Positions 9,922-17,292 of a DNA stretch of 17,292 bases are shown here, in pieces. The notes beneath the pieces were generated by a model. It did not search any database, was not told the DNA's origin, and worked only from the letters and a program-made list of their open reading frames with translations. Both the position numbers and the translations under genes were made by a program. Location: contig NW_021824889.1 in assembly GCF_006345805.1 (NCBI RefSeq), positions 1 through 17,292 of the forward strand. The letters are read 5' to 3'. The DNA comes from Octopus sinensis. Lineage: Eukaryota. Position 1 is the first letter of the stretch. Every line of letters begins with the position of its first letter.

Positions 9922-10648
9922 GGTATGGAGAAAATCAGGTGTAGTGTTGGTGAATCTCAGGAAGCATGGAAGTTTTGAAGGATGCAGTGCTCCGACAACT
10001 AACAACTGATGCCGGCAGTTTGTTCCATGCTTGTGTGTGTATGGAGGGGAGAAGATCAGGTGTAGTGTTGGCGAATCTCAGGAAGCATGGACGTTTTGAA
10101 GGATGCAGTGCTCCGACAACTAACAACTGATACCGGCAGTTTGTTCCATGCTTCAGCGTGTGTATGGAGGGGAGAAGATCAGGTGTAGTGTTGGCGAATC
10201 TCAGGAAGCATGGAAGTTTTGAAGGATGCAGTGCTCCGACAACTAACAACTGATGCCGGCAGTTTGTTCCATGCTTCAGCGTGTGTATGGAGGGGAGAAG
10301 ATCAGGTGTAGTGTTGGCGAATCTCAGGAAGCATGGAAGTTTTGAAGGATGCAGTGCTCCGACAACTAACAACTGATGCCGGCAGTTTGTTCCATGCTTC
10401 AGCGTGTGTATGGAGGGGAGAAAATCATGTGTAGTGTTGGCTAATCTCAGGAAGCATGGAAGTTTTGAAGGATGCAGTGCTCCGACAACTAACAACTGAT
10501 GCCGGCAGTTTGTTCCATGCTTCAGCGTGTGTATGGAAGGGACAAAATCAGGTGTAGTGTTGGCGAATCTCAGGAAGCATGGAAGTTTTGAAGGATGCAG
10601 TGCTCCGATAACTAACACTGATGCCGGCAGTTTGTTCCATGCTTCAGC
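9922..10648 (-). repeat. Six tandem copies of a 123-bp unit made of the LINE ORF2 end plus the start of its 3' UTR
   Basis: ATC(A/G)GTGTAGTGTTGG-type anchor at 9934, 10055, 10178, 10301, 10424, 10547; the unit encodes AWNKLPASVVSCRSTASFKTSMLPEIRQHYT*. Confidence 0.96.
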
Positions 10649-11198
10649 AACTCTCAGCGTGAAAAAATGTTTCCTGAAGTCATGGGAGCTGTGCTGTTTT
10701 CTGACTTTCTAAATATGACCACGGGTGTTAGATGGGTGGAGTTTGAAAAGGTGCTCAGAGTTATGTTTGTAAGATGGTTAATAATTTTATGGGTGTCTGC
10801 CAAGTCAGCTGCCAGACGTCGGAGTTTCAATGTATCCATGCCCAGGGAAGTAAGGCGTTCAGAATATGGCAAATTCCTGATGGGGGTTATTCTTTTGGTT
10901 GCACATCGCTGAACGGCTTCCAGACGATTGATATCCTGGGCAAGAAAGGGGTTCCAGACCGGTGATGCAATTCCAGGTGAGATCTTACCATAGCTATATA
11001 AAGCCGCAGATAGATAGTCGGAGAGCGGCTCACAAAGGACTTGGTGAGTGATGCCAAGACACCCTCAGCCTTCTTGGCAATTTTAGCAATGTGTTTTGTC
11101 CAACACGAATCTCTGTCGACAATAATACCCAGGTCACGTTCACAAGAAGACTTTTTGAGATTAGTGTTGTGGAGGGAGTAATTGGACGCTGGGTAGTA
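10540..11198 (-). mobile_element. CR1-type LINE ORF2 C-terminal fragment, 5'-truncated and frameshifted
   Basis: ERDLGIIVD, LRLYIAMVRSHLE, PYSERLTSLGMDTLKLRRLAADL, HFFTLRVAEAWNKLP. Confidence 0.9.
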
Positions 11199-11363
11199 AA
11201 AAATATATGTAAAAGAAGGAAGGAAAATCAATGTTTTTTCGTCCTATCTTCCGTTGTCACTTTCCGTGATGAATATTTTAATTATTATTGTTGAAGCTGT
11301 TGTCATCGTCTTAATTCTTGTTCTTGCATTTGTTGTTGTTGTTGTTATAGCAATTGCTGCTGA

Positions 11364-11962
11364 TAAGCCCAGTACTTATTCTATCGGTCTCTTTTGCCGA
11401 ACCGCTAAGTGACGGGGCATAAACACACCAGCATCGACCCCAGGACTTATTCTTTGTAAGCCCAGTACTTATTCTATCGGTCTCTTTTGCCGAACCGCTA
11501 AGTGACGGGGACGTAAACACACCAGCATCGACCCTGGGACTTATTCTTTGTAAGCCCAGTACTTATTCTATCGGTCTATTTTGCCGAACCGCTAAGTGAC
11601 GGGGACGTAAACACACCAGCATCGACCCCGGGACTTATTCTTTGTAAGCCCAGTACTTATTCTATCGGTCTCTTTTGCCGAACCGCTAAGTGACGGGGAC
11701 GTAAACACACCAGCATCGACCCTGGGACTTATTCTTTGTTAGCCCAGTACTTATTCTATCGGTCTCTTTTGCCATACCGCTAAGTGACGGGGACGTAAAC
11801 ACACCAGCATCGATCCTGGGACTTATTCTTTGTAAGCCCAGTACTTATTCTATCGGTCTCTTTTGCCGAACCGCTAGGTGACGGGGACGTAAACACACCA
11901 GCATCGACCCTGGGACTTATTCTTTGTAAGCCCAGTACTTATTCTATCGGTCTCTTTTGCCG
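11364..11962 (-). repeat. Tandem array of a 94-bp internal SINE segment (6 copies plus a partial)
   Basis: T(A/T)AGCCCAGTACTTATTC at 11364, 11457, 11551, 11645, 11739, 11833, 11927; the unit matches 13067-13161 in reverse. Confidence 0.96.
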
Positions 11963-12028
11963 CGTATGTACTAGCAAAAATGCGTGTGTGCACAAACTAG
12001 AAAAATTGCGAGGATGGTGAAAAGGATA

Positions 12029-12107
12029 ATGTGGGACCGCGCAGGTTTCAGATTTTTTCAAGATATCCTGCCCACATATACTTGATCTATCTTCATCAGC
12101 CAAACAT
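12029..12107 (-). ncRNA. Type I hammerhead ribozyme, canonical core (family A)
   Basis: Minus strand: ATGTTTGG-CTGATGA-AGAT...TCAAG...CTTGA...ATCT-GAAA-CC-TGCGC-GG-TC-CCACAT; predicted cut GUC| between 12035 and 12034. Confidence 0.82.
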
Positions 12108-12693
12108 ATACCACGACAACCTTTCAGATGTTACCACATTAATGCCATTACACTCGACTGAAACGCCGAAACGCTAACAGCACGAGAACGGTGAAGAAGT
12201 TTCAATAAATTAGTAATGGAATACTAGAGTATTGCTTTCCAGTAAAGAATAGCCCGTGAGGGGAAAATATACAAAGAAGTAAATATATGGCCCAACGAAG
12301 TACCGATATTTACTGGAAATAGCGAACGTAATAATACGACGCTAATGTATAGCTTCACCGCGTATGTACTAGCAAAAATGCGTGTGTGCAACAAACTAGA
12401 AAAATTGTCTTACCTCCAGGAGAACATTTTGCTAGTACATTCGCGGTGAAGCTATACATTAGCGTCGTATTATTACGTTCGCTATTTCTAGTAAATATCG
12501 GTACTTCGTTGTGCCATATATTTACTTCTTGTATATTCCCCTCACGGGCTATTCTTTACTGGAAAGCAATACTCTAGTATTGCATTACTAATTTATTGAA
12601 ACTTCTTCACCGTTCTCGTGATGTTAGCGTTTCGGCGTTTCAGTCGAGTGTAATGGCATTAATGTGGTAACATCTGAAAGGTTGTCGTGGTAT

Positions 12694-12772
12694 ATGTTTG
12701 GCTGATGAAGATAGATCAAGTATATGTGGGCAGGCATATCTTGAAAATCTGAAACCGGCGCCGGTCCCATAT
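12694..12772 (+). ncRNA. Type I hammerhead ribozyme, canonical core (family A)
   Basis: ATGTTTGG-CTGATGA(12702-12708)-AGAT-aga-TCAAG-t-ATATGT-gggcag-GCATAT-CTTGA-aa-ATCT-GAAA(12751-12754)-CCGGCGCCGG-TC-CCATAT; predicted cut after C12766. Confidence 0.87.
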
Positions 12773-12952
12773 TATCCTTTTCTAGGTATTTCATCTTTCA
12801 GATGTTCTCCCTGGAGGTAGACAATTTTTTCAAGTTTGTTGCACACACGCATTTTTGCTAGTACATACGCGGTGAAGCTATACATGAGCGTCGTATTATT
12901 ACGTTCGCTATTTCCAGTAAATATCGGTACTTCATTGTGCCATATATTTACT

Positions 12953-12969
12953 TCTCTCTCTCTCTCTCT

Positions 12970-13012
<43 letters not shown>

Positions 13013-13040
13013 GTATGTGTGTGTGTTTGTGTGTCTGTGT
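12953..13040. repeat. (CT)n(TA)n(TG)n compound microsatellite
   Basis: Direct reading. Confidence 0.93.
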
Positions 13041-13230
13041 TTGTCCCCCTAGCATTGCCTGACAACCGATGCTGGTTGTTTATGTCCCTGTCACTTAGCG
13101 GTTCGGCAAAAGAGACCGATAGAATAAGTACTGGGCTCACAAAGAATAAGTCCCGGGGTCGAGTTGCTCGATTAAAGGCGGTGCTCCAACATGGCCGCAA
13201 TCAAATGACTGAAACAAGTAAAAACAAGAA
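13020..13230 (+). mobile_element. SINE 3' half (octopus-type family) with LINE-like 3' tail
   Basis: TGACAACCGATGCTGG...CTTAGCGGTTCGGCAAAAGAGACCGATAGAATAAGTAC...GGCGGTGCTCCAACATGGCCGCAATCAAATGACTGAAACAAGTAAAA; homologous to 2005-2186, 2301-2470 and the 94-bp array. Confidence 0.85.
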
Positions 13231-13231
13231 A

Positions 13232-13420
13232 ATTCCTGGAGAAGGACATCATGCTCGGAATGGTCAGTGGCAACAGGGGCCGACCAAGAACCCGTTGGCT
13301 TGACACCATCAAGAGTGACACGGGAATGGACATAGCCAACCTGAAAGAAGCGACCCAGGATAGAACTGCCTGGGGGACACTGATCCAACGAGTAACCGAG
13401 AGTCAACTTCGACTGAGCGG
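13232..13420 (+). mobile_element. RTE-clade (BovB-like) LINE 3' end
   Basis: Translates FLEKDIMLGMVSGNRGRPRTRWLDTIKSDTGMDIANLKEATQDRTAW...VTESQLRLSG, the typical RTE ORF C-terminus (RGRP..RW.D, DR.AW); runs directly into (GATA)n. Confidence 0.85.
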
Positions 13421-13430
13421 ATAGATAGAT

Positions 13431-13493
<63 letters not shown>

Positions 13494-13498
13494 CAGAC

Positions 13499-13541
<43 letters not shown>

Positions 13542-13597
13542 TAGATAGATAGATGATAGATAGATAGATAGATAGATGGACAGATAGATGGACAGAC

Positions 13598-13678
<81 letters not shown>

Positions 13679-13790
13679 CATATATAGATACATAGATAAG
13701 ACAGACAGATAGATAGATTGATAGATAGATAGACAGACAGACAGATAGACAGACAGACAGATAGATAGATGGACAGATAGATTGATAGAC

Positions 13791-13855
<65 letters not shown>

Positions 13856-13921
13856 TAGATAGATAGATAGATAGATGCCACAGATAGATTGATAGACAGA
13901 CAGACAGACAGACAGACAGAT
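13420..13921. repeat. (GATA)n/(GACA)n microsatellite, left part
   Basis: Direct reading. Confidence 0.97.
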
Positions 13922-15810
13922 ATGTTTCTTTATTAGCCACACAGGGCTGCACACAGATAGAACAAATTACAAGGTAGAGCTTTTCTTTTGAAGGTTAAAA
14001 AAAAAAAAAAAAGAGGGGGAGTTTCGATCAAAGGGATCGTAAAGGAGAGAAAGAGGACAAAAAAAGGGGGTTAAAAAAAAAAGGGGGGGATAGAAAAAAA
14101 AAAATTGATCAATAGGGATCGTTATCACAGAAATGTCAATATGAAGTGTAAAGGGGAGGACAGGTGAGGTTTACCCGTGGAAAAAAAGCTACGGAAAAGA
14201 CCACGGTAACCTCGGTCAATGGAGTCACATGTTATATTTCTTTTTTTTTTTTTGCAAATAAGCAACTCTCTGTTTTCAATTCTGGGTTCATAGGATCATG
14301 CTCAAGGTGGCTTCGTCATTCATACGTGCCATTCTTGCTACATTCACCCATCTTTTTTTAAAAAACATTCGCTAGACAAAACTTGCCTCTCTACTCTCAC
14401 TTTCCTTTTCAAGTGGTACTTGAAGAAGTTGATGAGAGATTGACCAGAGAGGAAAGTGTTTGTCTCCAATCCTTTCAGACGCGTCCACCAGATACATTCT
14501 TTCGCCATAGCCACAAGGATGATGAAAATAGCTCTTCCTTCCCGTTTGAAGGAGGGAGGCGTGACAATATTGACGATAGACTCAGCTGATAAACCGACTC
14601 GTCCCACACGTGACAGCAGTTGTTCGACATAAGCCCACAGGTCGGAAATTGTTGGACACTGCACGAGTGCGTGCAGAACGGTTTCGTCGCTCTGACCGCA
14701 TCTCGGGCAGGTCGGCCCCGTGTTTCTCGAGCCGTGTCTGTAGAGCTTATCCCGAACGGGTAGCGCTTCTCGGTAGCACTGCCAGGCCAGGGATCTCTGG
14801 AAGTTGTCCATGGGCCCTGGCCCGAAAGTCGTCCTGAACAGGCGGTTCAGGTACTCCTCGTCGACGTCCAGGTTCGCCCCGAGCTCGTCGTCGTACCTCC
14901 CCTCCACTAAACCCCTATAGAATGCTTTGGTTGTGTTGAAGTCACACAAGGTCGACCCAGGACGGCAGAGTTGCTTGAGAGCAACGCGACACTCGCAGTG
15001 CCATTCGCCCTTCTTCGGCCTCTTTTTGATCCACGACTGCCGTTCGGTCATGGAGACGAGCTGCGGGAAAGCGTGCTACACAAACGGCGACCACACCTGT
15101 TCACCGTCGTCTACATAGAGCCAGAGATGTCGCAGTCTCAGCGCGTGTCTGCGCATCACCAACCACGGCATGCCCAGCCCTCCTTTTAACGGGTGTTGAC
15201 AGCAAATGGATCGCCTGACCATCGGGACGCATCCTTTCCACAAGAAGCGAAAGAGAATGCGTTGTAGTTTGGTGATGGTAGGGTCGGGACAAGGTACGAC
15301 GGTCAGGCGGTAGTAGATGACGGACGCGATGTACGTGTTCCCACCTCCGCCCGACCTTTTAGGGACAGTTTCCTCTCGGCCCATTGCCGGGCGAGAGTGA
15401 CCACCCTACTCGTTATCTCGTTCCAGTTCTTCTCCACTTGGAGGTCGGACCAAACCAGATCCAGATCCCGAGCAACTCAACCGGCCGTCGGTCCAGCGTC
15501 CCACGACGGAGGCGCTGGTGGACGGCATGGGCTTGCTTCTCCAGGTGCCTAGTCGCAAGCCCACTGACTTTTCCCGGTTGATTTTCGCTCCTATCACTGC
15601 TTCGTAGTTTTTCAGTATCTCGCCGACCTGCTCGATGTGCTCGTGGCTAGACACTATGACGGTGACGTCGTCCGCGTATGCAGACACGATCGTCCCGCAT
15701 CCCAGTTCTCGCGGGATGCCTCTCAAGGTTGCCAGCTTCCGCAATAATGGCTCGAGAGTCAATACGTATAGAAGCGACGAGAGGGGGCATCCCTGACGGA
15801 CCAAACGTGC
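13922..15810 (-). mobile_element. Tx1/L1-group LINE, 5'-truncated within the RT domain, frameshifted, with 3' UTR
   Basis: [41 protein letters not shown]...GGLGMP, and the cysteine-rich zf-RVT-type CPRCGQSDETVLHALVQCP; pyrimidine-rich UTR; AATAAA at 13934-13929. Confidence 0.92.
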
Positions 15811-15811
15811 G

Positions 15812-15848
15812 CAGACAGATAGATAGATGGACAGATAGATTGATAGAC

Positions 15849-15879
<31 letters not shown>

Positions 15880-15911
15880 TAGACAGTCAGACAGACAGAC
15901 ATACAGACAGA

Positions 15912-15958
<47 letters not shown>

Positions 15959-15976
15959 TCAGACAGACAGACAGAC

Positions 15977-16030
<54 letters not shown>

Positions 16031-16075
16031 GATAGCTAGCTAGATAGATAGCTAGATAGATAGATAGATTTAGAT

Positions 16076-16121
<46 letters not shown>

Positions 16122-16125
16122 GATA
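15812..16125. repeat. (GATA)n/(GACA)n microsatellite, right part
   Basis: Direct reading; same strand polarity as 13420-13921. Confidence 0.97.
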
Positions 16126-16424
16126 GCACAGAATACAATCTACAGATCGTTCTGCTATATCATTCATTCTAATTCATCCCGACATATCCAAAATTATGGT
16201 TCTATGAAAGATACACAGGATCGAACTCCGATCTCAGATTTTCAAAATATTAAAAAAAATTGTCTTTTCACATTATTTGAAGAATTTTTCACTTACTGCT
16301 ATGACTGCCAAACCTCTTTTTTTGTTTTTTGTACGTGTGAAATATTGGTTCAATTCCTTGGCCACATGTAATTTTTATCTTTCGCAGTGTCATTCTAGGA
16401 AATTAGGAGAAAGAAATTATTATT

Positions 16425-17221
16425 TACTAGCAGTATCGCCCGGCGTTGCTCGGTTTGTAAGGAAATAACCATATAAGCATTTTTAGAGAGTTATAGCCAA
16501 AAAGTAGCAAGAAAATGCATTAAAAATGGGAAAAAATGATGGTAATTTTTTTAAAATCGTAAACTTATCGTAGACGCGCGCTAATACCCAGAAGGGCTCG
16601 TTATGAAGTATCGCCCGGCGTTGCTCGGGTTTGTAAGGGAAATAACTATATAAGCATTTTTAGAGAGCTATAGCGAAAAAATAGCAAGAAAATGCATTAA
16701 AAATGCGAAAAAATTATGGTAATTTTTTTAAAATCGTAGACTTATCGTAACGCGCGCTAATACCCAGAAGGGCTCGTTATGAAGTATCGCCCGGCGTTGC
16801 TCGGGTTTGTAAGGGAAATAACTATATAAGCATTTTTAGAGAGTATAAGCGAAAAAATAGCAAGAAAATGCATTAAAAATGGGAAAAATTATGTATTTTT
16901 TTTTTAATCGTAGACGCGCGCTAATACCCAGAAGGGCTCGATATGAATCACGACTATAAGATACCCGGTTTTTGGTTAAATTGCACCGCAAAATGTTGGG
17001 AGTAGTTAGGAATCTAAATCAGAGGAGACAGAGTCTGACACAACTTCATTTTTTATATATAATAGCATTATCGCCCGGCGTTGCTCGGGTTTGTAAGGGA
17101 ATAACCATAGAAGCATTTTTAGAGAGTTATAGCCAAAAAAATAGCAAAAAAATGCAATAAAATGGGGAAAAATGATGGTATTTTTTTTTCTTAAATCGTA
17201 GATTAACGTAGACGCGCGCTA
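16425..17221 (+). mobile_element. Probable non-autonomous Helentron/DINE-1-like rolling-circle element with 175-176 bp tandem duplications of its 5' part, followed by the start of a second copy
   Basis: Starts TACTAGCAGTATCGCCCGGCGTTGCTCGG with a CCCGGC-GTT-GCTCGGG hairpin; TATCGCCCGGCG at 16434, 16609, 16785, 17069; first copy ends ...GACACAACTTCATTTTTTATATAT near 17060. Class assignment is from end-motif resemblance only. Confidence 0.6.
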
Positions 17222-17222
17222 T

Positions 17223-17228
17223 TCTCTC

Positions 17229-17291
<63 letters not shown>
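17223..17291. repeat. (CT)n microsatellite
   Basis: Direct reading. Confidence 0.97.

Positions 17292-17292
<1 letters not shown>

Larger units (their letters stand above)
11960..12955. mobile_element. Retrozyme-like element (family A): ~426-nt non-coding monomer, slightly more than one unit on each strand, forming a large inverted repeat
   Basis: GCTAGTACAT recurs at 12431 and 12857 (period 426); CGCGTATGTA at 11961 and 12359 (period 398, local deletion); arms ~12021-12379 and ~12427-12781 are reverse complements; one HHR per monomer. Confidence 0.8.

Noticed and set aside
9935-10618. 227-aa ORF with 41-aa repeats as a novel repeat protein
   Set aside because: It is an off-frame reading of the 123-bp LINE-derived tandem unit; no independent gene signals.
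12772-13303. 142-aa and 155-aa ORFs as products of the family A element
   Set aside because: They cross element, microsatellite and SINE boundaries and show no recognisable domain.
13137-13954. Long ORFs rich in LSIY/LSVC
   Set aside because: Translations of the (TATC)n/(TGTC)n microsatellite.
16126-16424. AT-rich unique segment (also 1670-2005 and 9290-9530)
   Set aside because: No supportable feature seen; may be old repeat remnants.

Overview
Gene-free, repeat-saturated animal DNA. The SINE sequence and the (TA)n/(GATA)n load suggest an octopus or other coleoid cephalopod; this is from recall and was not searched. No host gene is supported. The window holds decayed non-LTR retrotransposons (four CR1/L2-group LINE pieces, an RTE/BovB-like 3' end, a 5'-truncated Tx1/L1-group LINE inside a GATA/GACA microsatellite), SINE fragments, a probable Helentron/DINE-1-like element, a possible solo LTR and several tandem arrays built from element fragments. 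The main result is three unrelated non-coding repeat families that each carry a type I hammerhead ribozyme (HHR) fold. (A) A ~426-nt monomer with a canonical CUGAUGA/GAAA/GUC core in tandem-plus-inverted arrangement (11960-12955), retrozyme-like. (B) A ~230-nt (TA)n-bracketed monomer whose core is GUGAACA, i.e. the C3-G8 catalytic-core pair swapped to G3-C8, with stem II covariation between copies (2614-3402, 5167-9290). (C) A fold-back element whose spacer holds a minimal Penelope-type HHR with a possible U3-A8 core (4585-5082). The SINE also shares its 3' end with the LINE at 5462-8511. All structures were folded by eye and none is shown to be active.
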